A stretch of 64,000 nt of DNA, taken from positions 3,286,001 to 3,350,000 of the forward strand of contig JBHGNT010000022.1 in NCBI GenBank assembly GCA_043228905.1. Direction: 5' to 3'. The stretch's first letter is position 1. Each line of letters starts with the position of its first letter. The stretch comes from Azolla caroliniana (taxonomy: Eukaryota; Plantae; Polypodiophyta). Positions 24,609-38,100 of this stretch are shown in pieces. The position numbers and the translations under genes were made by a program. Under the pieces are notes generated by a model. It had not been told where the DNA came from. It made no database searches and saw nothing but the letters and a program-made list of their open reading frames with translations.

Positions 24609-27600
24609 TCAACTCCTCCCATAAGGCGCTATTGTTGACACAGGTGGACCATACGAATATCTCCACTCATTGCAAGCTGCACATTTATCAATAGCAATGC
24701 CATTTTGAAGCGTACAAAATTTGCAACTCCAAGATGATGCCACCGCAGAAACTTTTTTGGCATTCAGCTCCATGTTTGAGACATTCTCCGATACTGCTTG
24801 TCCGAGTTTCCTTTTCATGCACCAATAATACAAAAGGAAATTAGTAAAGAAAAATACCACAATTTATATAGGAATTTGGTAATAGGTTTATATACAATGC
24901 TGTTGGGAGTTTGGTTTCCTCTATGATTTACTACCACAAATTCAGAGGAAAATTGAAGTATTATTTGTATTTCATTTGTTTGCTCCATGCAAAATAAAAT
25001 TCAACTGAAAAATTTAAGAAATGTTTGATATTTTGTAGTGAATGAGGGGGGACACCTTTTTCCGGAGCACCCATTCAACTTTGGCTCATCACAAGCTGCA
25101 CATTTGTGAAGAGACTCCACATTTTCTAGTGTACAAGATTTACATGTCCAACTTTGTGCATCTACCCAAGCCCGAACTGTTGAGCATGCCGCACATATTG
25201 TAGCAAGAGGCTGTTCCCAAACAACAATAAATATAGACATATGACATTGGCAGAAAACATTGTTCACAAAAACGATAAATCAGATAGTTAAATAAGATCA
25301 ACAGAAAAGTCGTTCAACAACGAAGTTAGATAGACCAGGCTCAGTCAGGAAATTTGTCGCATACAACAAATAGAAACATAAGATCACCAGAAATGTAGAT
25401 GTGGTCTCACCACCCAGCCATAGACATCTATAGCATGTCTCTCACCATAAGTAAAGTAACCCAGGCTTTTTTAGGCCTTCAAGCTATCTTACACTATTAC
25501 AAATATCGATTTTACAACCATATAAGTCTGTCCATCCATGATCCCTAGACTAGTAAACTAATCCTATGGGACATTTTGATGACCACAATCCTAGGAGCTA
25601 AAGTTCCAGAGACTTTTGACATATCCTAGCTATCTATGATTTTAGGGTTCCATAACCTATGAATTTGCCCAACCATTTACATTTAGTAAGTATATGAGTT
25701 TTATTATTTTTTCCTGTTCTTTTCAGGGTCTAAAATTATTTTCCATCAATTAGTCTTTTTTACCAATTAGCTGTAGAGGTTTCACACCACATAAGTCATC
25801 CCTGATTCCTAGGATGCTGAATTTGTTTATTCTTCTATCTACATTAAATACTAGAGTGGATTAATCATTCAGGACATGGGAGAACCACTTTTATTCTTAG
25901 ATATATAATTCTTTCTGTTCTCACATTACTTACCGGGTTCAACAATGTGCATGCAGTACACTCCCATGAGGAGAAGTTGGAGGTCAATGCCACAGAATGA
26001 TCTTGATTACTACTACTAACACTTGGATTCACTGATACTTTGCTAGTAATGGATGGGTTTCCATGACACTTTGCACACTCTCTTTCTTCGGCTTTCTGTT
26101 GTCCATCCGATCCAAGGGTATCCGGAGCACCGCACCAAAGATCATCTCTCAACCTTCTTTCAGCTGCCATGGCCGCAGCTTGGATAGGGCTCAAAGCTTT
26201 CATGATAGCATTATCACCACCTAGCCTCCTTGGACCATTCGACATGAGTGAACCTGTATGAGCACGTTTTTCAGCAGCTCCAAGAAGAGCATTTCGCATA
26301 TTATATGATGGAGGGTTGTGAGTGCGGCCCCCTAATCGAGTCCCTCGAGCATCGAACCCTTCACCAGTGCCAGAGATGCCTTTTGCTATCAATTCTTCAC
26401 ATTCCTGCTAAGTATCAAAATATAAGACATTACATGCAACGCATAATGTGATGCATTCTCTCGTCTTGTTCCCAAAAGGTAATGATGAATTAACTGTAGA
26501 TGAATTTAGCAATAATCAATGAATATTAACAGGAGCTGATATGAGAGCTATATACGTCATGCAAACATTCTTAAATAAATAAAAAACAAAAGCACAAAAA
26601 AATTTCATCCCCAAATCTAGATTTTGCCAATCATTTCAGTTTATGACTCTCAAAATAGTAGGGCTGCTTAGGCAGAGCCAGTGTGAAGAAAAGATAAGAA
26701 CAACTATGTTTTGATACCAAGACAGAAGCTTTAACAATATCTTTCCAAACTAGACTTCTCAAAACAACAGGATGCCTTTTTAGAGAGAGGAGTGCTAATA
26801 AGCTTTCAAGGGAATGGGCACGGGCACCCGTTAGGTGACACCTTTGCACAACCCTAGTTTCCTAATCAAACTATATTAGTATTAAAAAATGAAATGAAAA
26901 TACCTTGGTAATCTCATCAAGCAGTTTGTAGAATTTTGCGTCATGAGGTCCATGATCATTATGAACCAATTCATGCAACATGGTGCCCACTAAGGACTCA
27001 TAGGGCAAGAATTCTTCTTCTCTCCCCGGCTTCCGGAGTCGTATTCTAACCTCCTTACCAGCCCCAATATTCAACCCTAGAAGAGCAGAATTTTTTGGGC
27101 TATTCATCACCAGAAGAAACCATTGATCGGTTATTCTATCATCAGCTAGCAATAACAAAGTTTGGAACCACTTTTACACAGGGAAAATCCATGTTTCAGA
27201 TAAAACAGTAGGTAATTTGAATCACTGGAAGAAACCGTTGATCAGTAATTCTATCATCAGTTAGCAATTAGCAAAGTTTCAAACAACTTTTACATGATAA
27301 AACCCATGTTCCAGATAAAAGTTTAGGCATACAGAATGAAAAAAACAAGCGCGTTTTAGATGTGCAAATCACAATGCGATACACTGTCAATTATTTGCAT
27401 ATGTAATGATGAATTAACATTTAGAAGCAGATTTGGTAGCACAGTAGATATGGTTCAAATATTCAAATGAAAAGCTAGATTACAAGGGTATAAATTTGAT
27501 ACCAAGAAAAAGCACCCATTACAAGAGCCAAACATATAGTTCAATTACATAAAAAAAAACCTCAATTGCATAGAATCAATGATATAATTCAGAATTCAAA

Positions 27601-28217
27601 TATATGAAAGAACAAAAAACTTGATTACAAGAGCAACGATATAGTAAAATAAAAATACACTACAAGAACAACAATATACTGAAAAAAACTTCCTTGCAAA
27701 TGATAAACGATATAGTTCAAGTGCATAAAGTGTAAATAGGACAAACATAAACAAAGATCGAATATGAATGAGATCAGGATATCGTTCAAAAGCATCAAAT
27801 CAAAGATATATCCAAATACATAAATCCAAAGAGATTGATCAAACATATAGGGACAAAGAGATAGATCAAATACAAGGAGACAAATATATAGTTCAAATGT
27901 CTAGGCCCAAAGATAGATTCAAATCCAAAACAGCAATATATAGTTCACATATATACAGCCCAAGACACGTTCAAAACACACAAACGAGAAAGACACAACC
28001 ACGAAAATAAAAAATTTTGAGAGTGGATGAGATGAAAAGCTTACTAGAACTCAGAGAGAAGTAGAACTCTCCATTTTCTCTTCCTCATGATGGGCTGCAC
28101 CTGCTTCGCAATCTGTTCGAGAAGTGCGCGAGCATCGGAATCTCTGGACCGTCCAATCGTCTTGATCTCCCATACTTTGGACAAATCTCCACCTTCAATC
28201 GATGACACAACCGGCAT
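24609..28217 (-). CDS. WSS1A: Wss1-like WLM-domain DNA-protein crosslink metalloprotease with C-terminal RanBP2-type zinc fingers
   Basis: exon 28217-28045 ...IAKQVQPIMRKRKWRVLLLSEF; exon from 27099 YPKNSALLGLN...TMLHELVHN...HDAKFY (HExxH); GFDARGTRLGG; SPIQAAAMAAERR; three W.C..CT..N fingers; C-terminus WRYSYGPP. Confidence 0.9.
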
Positions 28218-28596
28218 TCTCTCGCTCTCTCTCTCTCTTCCCCTTTATCTACTTGGTTTGTCTGATCTTCTTTTCTCTCTCTCCACACTCTATACCTCTG
28301 ATCTTCTTCTTCTTCTTCTTCTTCTTCTTCTTCTTCTTCTTCTTCTCTCTCTCACTCTCTTTATCTATCAATCAATTTATCAATCAATCTACTCTTGTTT
28401 CTCTAATCTTCTTTCACTCTCTACACTTTATTTCACTGATCTTCTTCTTCATCTACCCTATCTATCAGTATATCTACTCTGTTTCTCTCTCGTTCTCTAT
28501 CCTCTGTTTTTCTTTCTCCCTGCTCTGTTTCTTCTTCTCTTTTCAAAAAACTTGTTTGTTATTTACACACATAAGTAAGTACATACATATATTATA

Positions 28597-29020
28597 GGGA
28601 AAAGTACGAGGGAGGATACCCCTGGAAGTTCATCTATTTACCAGAATGCCCCTGGAAGTTCCAAATTTACCAAACTACCCCTATGTCCAAAAAATTACAC
28701 TTTATAAAGTAATTATACACTCAAATCTACAAGCCCTATTTACCAAAGATGGAAGAAATGGACCCGAACTAGCGCTATTTACCAAGCCCTATTTACCAAA
28801 GATGGAAGAAATGGACCCGAACTAGCGCTATTTACCAAGCCCTATTTACCAAAGATGGAAGAAATGGACCCGAACTAGCGCTATTTACCAAAGATTTGAG
28901 TGTATAATTACCTTTATAAAGTGTAATTTCTTGGACATAGGGGTAGTTTGGTAAATTTGGAACTTACAGGGGCATTCTGGTAAATAGACGAATTTCCAGG
29001 GGTATCTTGGTACTTTTCCC
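28597..29020. mobile_element. Mutator-like MITE with ~130-bp TIRs and 9-bp TSD
   Basis: GGGAAAAGTAC...GTACTTTTCCC long inverted arms; TSD TATATTATA at 28588-28596 and 29021-29029. Confidence 0.92.
28731..28890. repeat. three perfect 53-bp tandem repeats inside the MITE
   Basis: AAGCCCTATTTACCAAAGATGGAAGAAATGGACCCGAACTAGCGCTATTTACC at 28731, 28784 and 28837. Confidence 0.95.
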
Positions 29021-29204
29021 TATATTATATATACATATACACATGTATGTGTGTATATATATATGTATATGTATATGTATATCCATAGAACGTAATATTC
29101 GTGTTCGTGCAAGCATTCAAACGTTTGGAAACGAACACGTTTGGAATGGGAAAAATAGGTGATTCTTGTTTTTCTCTTTTTTGTCATCTATTATCATTAC
29201 AATT

Positions 29205-29860
29205 TAGTGTACCCTAGTGGTAAGGAGCCATGCTAATGCTTTATCAAGGTCTTGGGTTCAAATCTCCAATTTTCTCATCTCTCTCTCTCTCTCTCATTAG
29301 TACCATGTCGTAGCAAAATTTTATGTTAGTGTTATAATAGTTTTTTCCTTTTATTTTTTTATTATTAGAACTAAGCACAACCTAGTGATAAGTTGTTGTG
29401 CTACTATTACTTGTGTCTTGGGTTCAATTCCCAACTTTCTCATATCCTCTTGTTAGTGTCATGGCAAATTTTTATGTTAGTGTCATGTTCCTTTTTCTTC
29501 TTTTTCTTTCTTTCTTTGTTATAAGAAATTAGGTCACCCGCGTGATAAGTTGTTATGATACTACTGCCTATGTCATGGCAAAATTTTATGTTAGTGTCAT
29601 GTTCCTTTTTCTTTCTTTCTTTCTTTGTTATTAGAAATTAGGTCACCCTAGTGGTAAGTTGTTATGCTATTACTGCCTATGTCATGTTTTCTTCATATTC
29701 TTGAATATACGTTTTATGAGTTTTTGATCGTTCCTTTTTTTCTTTCTTTGTTATTAGAAATTAGGTCAACCTGGTGGTAAGTTGTTATGCTACTACTACC
29801 TATGTCATGTTTTCTTCATATTCTCGAATATACGTTTTATATGAGTTTTTGATCATTTGA
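29205..29860 (+). repeat. degenerate tandem repeat (110-170-bp units) with tRNA/SINE-like A and B boxes in the first units
   Basis: CTAGTGGTAAG-like motif at ~29214, 29381, 29540, 29648 and 29771; GGGTTCAAATC and GGGTTCAATTCC in the first two units. Confidence 0.6.
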
Positions 29861-31153
29861 TTATAATTTATAATGACATATTTTGATTCAATCTCTATAG
29901 TTCATACTCATTTTTTTGTAAAGTTCTAAAGTGAGGATGATAGAAATGTCTTGATTCGCATCCCAAAAGTATGCATGTGATACAATGCAAATATTGCATC
30001 CATACTTATGTTGGTGGTTCACAATGGATTAGAGTCAACTTATTGGGATTGAGAGTGAATCAATATATAATATAGACCCTAGTCAATCCAATCCAACTTT
30101 GAGATGATTTACCATACATGTTTGATTGAATCATTCTCGAATTGGAATGCACACATGATACATATGGTTCATTCTATGTGTATATCAATATGTATATGTA
30201 CATGTATAAGTATAAGTATATGTATTCTCTTTTCCATTTTCCATTTTCCATTTCAAAAACAAAACATCATCATTTCCTACTCCTGCTCACGTGGTGCAAC
30301 TTTTGACCAGTCGGACAAAATGCCTCTTTCCATCAGTTTCCTGCGCTTCCTGGATCTCAATCCTCTAAATGATCAATTGAAAGATTCTCATAAATTCATG
30401 GATTGTACGATTGTCCGTTTTCATACCATGAATCATGGGCCATTATTATCCGTCGTGAAAACTGACATGCTCCAGAGGCTATCGTATCACACATTCCCAC
30501 GAATTTGTGATTCCCTACTCCTAGCACAAGAAAATCAAGAAATTGTTCGACAGAGACATTGTCCCATCTCATTGCCTTTCCTTCCATTGGATTTGTTTGT
30601 GAGGCATGCTTCAAAATTGTTGTTTGTCCTTTGCCCAATCTATCATTGATTGTTTATGGCCATATTGTTTCGAAAAAACGTTGTATCATGCCTTTGGAGC
30701 ATTACTTTTTGAGATATTCCCAACATTTCAAGGAGATTTGCTATCAATGGGAACCATATTGTCTTATAATTGTCCAAAGACTATGGCATATGTGGTCATT
30801 GCCTTCCCTTCCTATATTTTGGCCAAATCTCAAGCCCTACATCAATGCCAAAGACATCTCCCTCAATCAACGACAAACAAATGGATGACTGAAAACATGG
30901 GAAAGAAATAATGTCTTCCTCACGTTGTCAACCATAGCCATTGATAAATGTATGCCTTAGGATTGTATCTCATTCTTATATTTTAGCAATAGATGAATGT
31001 CAAAGACATCTCTCAAGTGTTAGAAATATAAGCCTAGACATGTGTTTGTGAACACACCCTAGGTAGGGATCCTCATGTGAAAAGTATTTAGGGTTAGTCA
31101 CATTTTTTGTAATCGCGCCTATATATATAAAGCAAATATAGAAGTTCATGTGT

Positions 31154-31204
<51 letters not shown>

Positions 31205-32331
31205 GTATTCCCACACTAACACTAACCCATTGCAGAGATTTCAATATCAAGCATCCATTTCCTAATATTCTCAAGTAATATTAGACCATTGTTGAGATAT
31301 CTCACTTTCTCTCTCCTATTGGGTTCTACTCTAATGATAAGCATAAATTTATCAAAATCTTATTGGTTCCATTTTTCCACAAACCACAACACATACTATA
31401 TGAGTTTAAAGCATGACCTTCTAGTCTTCATCATACAATACAACTTACCACTAGAGCTATATCCTTTTGGTTTCGCAAAGCTATAGAAACACGTGTGCAC
31501 AAACACACAATCTCTTTAGTCGGATCAAGCTTGTTTTTTATTTGATACATATGCTATTTTGATAAAAGAAAAAAAAAACTTTCCTCTCGATCTCTCATCT
31601 TATACTATGTTTCTTCATCGTCACTTAATAGCATCTTCATCCAAGATGTAGAAAGAGAAGGCCCATTCAATTCTCCTCATCTCCTTTCCATGAAACCAAG
31701 GAATCACTTCTGGACCAAGCAAATGGATATAAAACTTGCACTTTTTCACATATTAGGATTGAAAGCATAATTTTATCGTTCTTACTACTATTAATAACAA
31801 ATCCTCTAATTGATCAAGTCATTTTTTACACCTTAAGATTAGGCCCAATTGTTTCACATGAAAATACATCCATCCAATCTATTTTCATCCTCAAGTATAA
31901 TGTTTATTACGTCACATCTCTAAAGAGCCAACCAACAAAACATTGGATCCTAAACCATAATGTGAAACTATTGTTTCCCATACGTTCATTGGAAATTATC
32001 GTTGCATATGAAAGAAAAAGGTGATAATGTAGTACCAAAGCTTATGATTTTTAACCTTAAGGTTGTTGGTTTAAGTCCAAAGGAGGTTATGGGTGTAAAT
32101 GTACGCTACCTATAAACCCCATATAGATTATGGTTTGGAGATCGAATAACTAGACTAGGTGGAAATTATATCATTACCTTTTACATTTTTCTTAATAAAG
32201 TAAAAGTGCCAAACTTCTACATCATTTATAACTTGCACAATGAAATGAATCTTATGAGTAAGTTGGAAAAAAAAATTCACTTAGTGAGGCCGCTAATGAA
32301 ACTCTCCATGGCTTTCCTCAATTTTACTTCA

Positions 32332-33162
32332 TTAGCTTGTAAAAGCCAATGATGGAAGACGTCGAGTTTGTCCACGATTCATAGTCTTGGCGACAGGCAC
32401 ACGGGTAGCATTTCGTCGAAGGTGTGAGAGTGTGAGGAAGTGAACAAGAATGTCCTCGTTCTCATTCGCATCGTCCAGGATCGCTTCGTAATGGGGATAA
32501 ACGCTAGGGTCCAAGTAAGCCTTGCAAGACAACACGAAGAGGTAAGGCAACGATGGGACCATGCTAGAAAGTTGGACATCATCGACGAGAGATGGTATAG
32601 ATGATGTTATCCTAGCGAGCCGGAGGCCATCACGTAAGCTCATCTTGGCTTCCTCCTTGACGATGTGTAGTGCGGATGCGGCTAGGTCAACCGAAGTGTG
32701 ATCAAGCGTGTTTCCCATGTTTGTTGTCAATGGAGGAATGGTGGTGTCCATGGTAACCCCTTTGGGAGCTTCATCTTGTATTGCGGGTGGTGATAATGAT
32801 GATGGAGTACCAACCATGGGTTGTGGTGGGGTCGTTGATGGTGATCCGGTACTTATAGTGGCGGCTTCTTCGAGGAGCCTCCGCACCGCGATGTCGGCCT
32901 TGGTTCGGATGAATACAAAAGGCGGTCTCCCAAGATGGAGAGCGTGTCGAGCAATTTCAAAGTCGAGGGTGTGGAATCGATCACTCACAATGAGGATGAG
33001 ATCGAACGCGTAGAGCTTCTTGTCAATGAAAAATGTGAGGGATGGGTGTCCGACAACGCCCGCACCAGGGAAATCCCACAACAATATTCCAGTCGGAAGG
33101 CTACTGCTATTGTTATATGCCTTCACTTCTCTGGTGCCTTCTCCTCCCATCATTGCTCTATC

Positions 33163-33200
<38 letters not shown>

Positions 33201-34266
33201 GGAAAAAACATTCATCATTAAGTGTCTTGTACCCCCATTGGGTTGATCCTTTAGGGCTTCATATCCTTACCATGCACCACATGACAAAGTTGTTCTAGGG
33301 TTTTTTGAGTTATTAAGGGTAACTCCAATTACTTCTCTTATAATCACTTGCATGGACACCTCCCATCCCATTTAAAGAGAGAAGTAACACTTTGCAATTT
33401 CTCTCTTTGAATTAGGGTTTCAAAGTTTTCCAATGCACACAACACTAAGAGGTAGGTCACTCGGGAATCTAGGAATTTCATATTACATATGAAGAATATA
33501 AGGTTTCTATGTGTATTGGAAGATATGGGTTTTGTTTTGACTTGCAGTGAGACATGCTATATATCCAACCCTTCTTTGATTAGGTTTCTAATTTTTGGCA
33601 ATTGTTTTGGTCCCCCTAAGGACCGATTTGTCATGAGCCAATAGTACATCCATCTTTATCTTGTGATCCGACTATGATGAAATGCAATTGACACCATAGA
33701 GACTCAATTGTGGTTCTTGGCAGTCATTAACCGACAATGCACTATAAAATTCATCTATGAACGGATTTAGATATATTGAGGGTGATTGATTAACTATATG
33801 ACATGCAATCAAATATTTATTATTATGAACAATATATTATTGATCATGGAAAAAATAAAACATCCCAAGAGAACAATTATAGGTACCAAAGGAATGTTCA
33901 AGTTAAACATGCATATGTGACATTTAAAATTGCCTTTGTGGTATCCAACCAAAATTTCCATCAACTAAAAACCATATGAGAGATTTGGGGGCCTAGGGCA
34001 AGAAATATCTCACTAGTATCATCATCATTGAAATGGAGAAGCCCATTGATTAACGATGACTTCCCCACGCTCTTCGCTCCTACCACAGCTACATTGAAAT
34101 CATTTGCTTTCATTTTGTAGAAGGTCTTTGCATCAAAGACCATTTGCTCCAAGTTTTCAATGCTAATAAACCGTAAAGACTCAGTCTTGTCTATTGGTGG
34201 TTCTGGTGGTCGTGTGGCTTTCTCAACAAACTCTACAAACCATCTGATAAGTGACAGAATACCCAT
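32332..34266 (-). CDS. immunity-related GTPase (IRG/IIGP)-like P-loop GTPase, ~360 aa; exons 34266-34014 and 33161-32332
   Basis: G1 NVAVVGAKSVGKSSLINGL; G3 LWDFPGAG; LYAFDLILIVSDRF; G4 FIRTKAD; FVLS G5 region; motif order and spacing follow IRG proteins (GKSSFINAL...WDLPG...YDFFII...RF...FVRTKVD); phase-1 GT-AG intron keeps the frame. Confidence 0.8.
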
Positions 34267-35162
34267 CTCTATCTGAACCTGGTAATGTCTTACCACAAGG
34301 TCAGCACAATTACTCAGCCATGGACAAAAATCATGCCCATCCCTAAACTTGGTATAATGTCTTCTGACAATACCTGCATAATTACTCAACCATGGAATGT
34401 ACAAAAATCCTTCTCATCTTTAAAGACAAAGCCAGGTGGGATAAAGACAAAGTTACTTCACCAATTGGCAATGAGTGTTCCAATCATTTCTGCTCTGCCA
34501 AAAGCATATACACAGGATAAAGCATAAACCACATGAGATTGCTTCATTACAAAGCAAACATGAGCAAATAACGATTCTCAAGATTCAAATCTAGAGTTTC
34601 AGACTACTGATAATGTATAACTATTGTCTTAAAATATCATCATCATACTCTTGAGGCATATGGAAAATGGATTAGGAGCATTTTGAGTTCATCCATTCCA
34701 TCATCATCATTCAAACAAATTATCAAATTGAACTTTTAACATATTATCAAATCAAACTTTTATTCTTGACTAGTCTCCTACAATTGCAAAAACTGAAATC
34801 AAGAAAATGTCTTTCATGTGTTGCTCAAAGTTACTATTACTAGTGAAAGAAGACCAGATAATTGGAATCATAATAAATAGTTTAATTTTAAAAACCGTAG
34901 CTCCAATTATCAAAATAACTGGAATATTGCCAATCAATGAAGCTGCATTGAACTGCACTCAAAATGTTTTGTTCCAATTACTATGAATTGAGCAGAACTC
35001 CCAGCAATTAAATTCACAGTAATAGAGTGAGCCTTGAAAGATGAGACAAAACTGAAACCAAACACCCATCCGCATCATCGCATTACTGTACAGACTCGGG
35101 CTTTTTCTCTCCACACAAAAAACCCAGTTTGTCTTTGTGTGCTTCAGTTTCATTCAATCAAA

Positions 35163-38100
35163 TCACTCGTCTCCAAACGTTGTCTTCTTGCCTACGAACA
35201 AGTCCATGTAAATCAGCAACATCATATATATGTATTTTACTTATTCTACAGATGTACGTGTAAAATATACAGTACCATTTTACATAAATATGCAAATACA
35301 TCATGTTATGTCTAGTTAGATATAGACATGTTATGCAGTAACAGTTTACATAAATATGCATTATACTTCTATTAAAATGTTAGATATAGATATGATATGC
35401 ACAAATGCAAGACAATTAATTACATACACATACATATAGGTCATATATTTCATCAGATACACATGTATAAATATTTGCATTCATATTTACTTATATCCTT
35501 GTATACATGCACTCTTATATATCAGATATAAAACTGCACATAGTCTTTTACCTGAACCAAGATATAGATATGATATGCACAAATGCAAGACAATTAATTA
35601 CATACACATACATAAAGGTCATATATTTCATCAGATACACATGTATAAATATTTGCATTCATATTTACTTATATCCTTGTATGCATGCACTCTTATATAT
35701 CAGATATAAAACTGCACATAGTCTTTTACCTGAACCAAGATATAGATATGATATGCACAAATGCAAGACAATTAATTACATACACATACATAAAGGTCAT
35801 ATATTTCATCAGATACATACGTATAAATATTTTACTTATCCTTGTATGCATGCACTCCTACATATCAGATATAAAACTGCACATAGTCTTTTACCTGAAC
35901 CAGCGAGACTCACTTTCTCCCTGGGACTAAATCCTCTTCCACCACCAAATCCTCCCCTTCCTCCCCTTCCTCTCCTTCCTGTTTATATATGATGCAAGGA
36001 GCACATGAATAACAATGTTTTATTTGTCTCTAAAACATACTACTTTCCAAGTGAAAAGGACAATCGTCAGTTTTCATTCAAAATAGGACTATACTCTAAA
36101 TCCAGTTACTATTTCCTAATGCATGTGTTACATGGCATGTTAGAGTTCTATTTCCTAATGCATATGTTACATGGCATGTGAGTTCATAATGTAGAGAACG
36201 GTGTTTATCTTTTGTAGAGTAAAGTAGGAATCTTATACCTCCTCCATCACTGAAATCCCCTCTACCACCACCTCTTCCACCACGGAAACCACCACCTCCA
36301 CCTCCACGGCCACCAAAACCACGACCACCACCTCCACTACCTGGTGCAGGTGCTCCACCTGCTTCTTCAACCATCAATGACCAGCCCTCCAAACTCGATC
36401 CATTGTACTCAATGGCACTTGAAAGACCTTGTTTATCTTTGAAATCAATATATGCAAACCTACAACATATCCAGATGTATTATTTTAGGGTATACTATAT
36501 GCTTCTCCATTCTGAATTTTGAAACAGTCTCTATGCATTATAATTAACAGAATTATGTCTTGATAATACATAATAGAAGAGAAGGATAACACTATCGCAC
36601 TGCCTGAAGATTAGAGAAGAGATTGAATTTGACTAACCCTTTTATGTTTCCAGTCTCCCTGTCTGTTGGTATTCTGATTTTTTGGACTCCACATTTACTG
36701 AAGTGCTCAGTCAATGAATTGCGGATCTGCAAAATATATACATGCATGTAATTTGTCACAAATATGGGAAATTGTGAGGCCGACTTAGCAGGCAAAGGAG
36801 CAAGAGACCCATGAAATGAACATAGATATGTCTGTATGTACCGTGTCTTCATCTTGAAACTTGTCGAAACCCCTCACATATGCCGTTGCGTCAGAACCAA
36901 ATCTATTGCCTCTGGAAAAATGGTTAAAAAAAACTTCACATAAGTAGTATTCCTTAAAAAGGGAAGCTAAAATGCACAGGAAGCAGGATGCACTCATGAG
37001 CCATGATAGAAATTGTAATTCCTTTTTACATTTCATACAAATAAATAACTCAAATGATTATATAACTCAAATAAAATAACTCAAATGTTTATATATTTAT
37101 TGAAGCACTAAGAAAAAATATATATATATATACCCAGCAGGAGTACCGAAGTCCCTCTTTCCTTGACTTCCTGGCGTGTTAGTATAAGCACGTTCTCGTG
37201 CTAAATCCACAAAGATTTCACGGCCAGCAAGCATCTCTCCTGACTTTTTGCAAGCCTAATAAAGATAAAACCCATCTCCTTACCACTCACTGCTATAAAT
37301 TAGAAATTCAAATACAATGTTTTTAAATGTCATCCTACTTCCTTATATTCCTGGCACTCATTCATGTGGCTCAATTAATTTTCAGAACGTTCGAATAAAA
37401 TAATCATACCTTATTTGCTCCATCTTCAGTGTTGAATTCTACGTGTCCAAAACCACGAAATTGACCTTCTCCATCCATTGCGAGGCGTACTTCTTTCACT
37501 TCACCAGCAGAACTAAAAAATGCTTTGCTGATCAAATTGAAGCAAATATTAGTTCATATGAATATAACCCAAAACCATGCTCAAATGTATTAAACCCTGA
37601 AAGAATAAGCAGAGGCACTCAAAATCTAAAATTCAATATATAAATCCCAATAACACTGTAAAAATAACTTACACAGATTCTTCATCAACACTCCATGCCA
37701 AATTCTTCACAAATACCGTCTTGCTTCCTCCACCACCAGGGGTAGCTGGAGCCGGAGTAGTTGGCTTCAGCAAAAACATTGATGAAGTTCAGAGAAGTCA
37801 TAACATAATACAGTCAAAACTTCAATCAAAATAATAACTCAATATAGTCTTACCTGCTTAGTTTGCTCCTCTTTCTTTGTATTACCATTAGCAGGCTGCA
37901 AAAAGCAAAACAATAAAACTTCAAACAGTCCCTGACGCTACAAGTAAAAAACCCAACATAAAAAGAAGAAAATAATACAAATACAAACAATAATAATAAT
38001 AATATTACCTTTTTCGCCTTTGGTTCATCCTCATCAGAATCATTCTCATCATCATCATCATCACTTTCCTCATCACTATCTGCTGCAGCAGCCTTGGCCT

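Noticed and set aside
14560-28217. ZNG1 next to a zinc protease as a functional gene cluster
   Set aside because: Adjacency alone is not evidence in a plant genome; no shared regulation is visible and synteny cannot be tested here
28087-28597. Hydrophobic ORFs on the + strand
   Set aside because: Antisense to WSS1A exon 1 and its (CTT)n/CT-rich leader
28731-28890. CRISPR-like look of the 53-bp repeats
   Set aside because: Units are contiguous and identical with no unique spacers, lie inside a MITE, and there are no cas genes; the DNA is eukaryotic
30250-30960. ORFs 30104-30911 as a gene
   Set aside because: No recognisable motifs or splice pattern; probably decayed TE sequence of unknown class
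31018-31221. Solo LTR (TGTTAG...CTAACA with TATA and CT tract)
   Set aside because: Flanks TCAAG and CTAAC do not form a TSD and there is no second copy in the window
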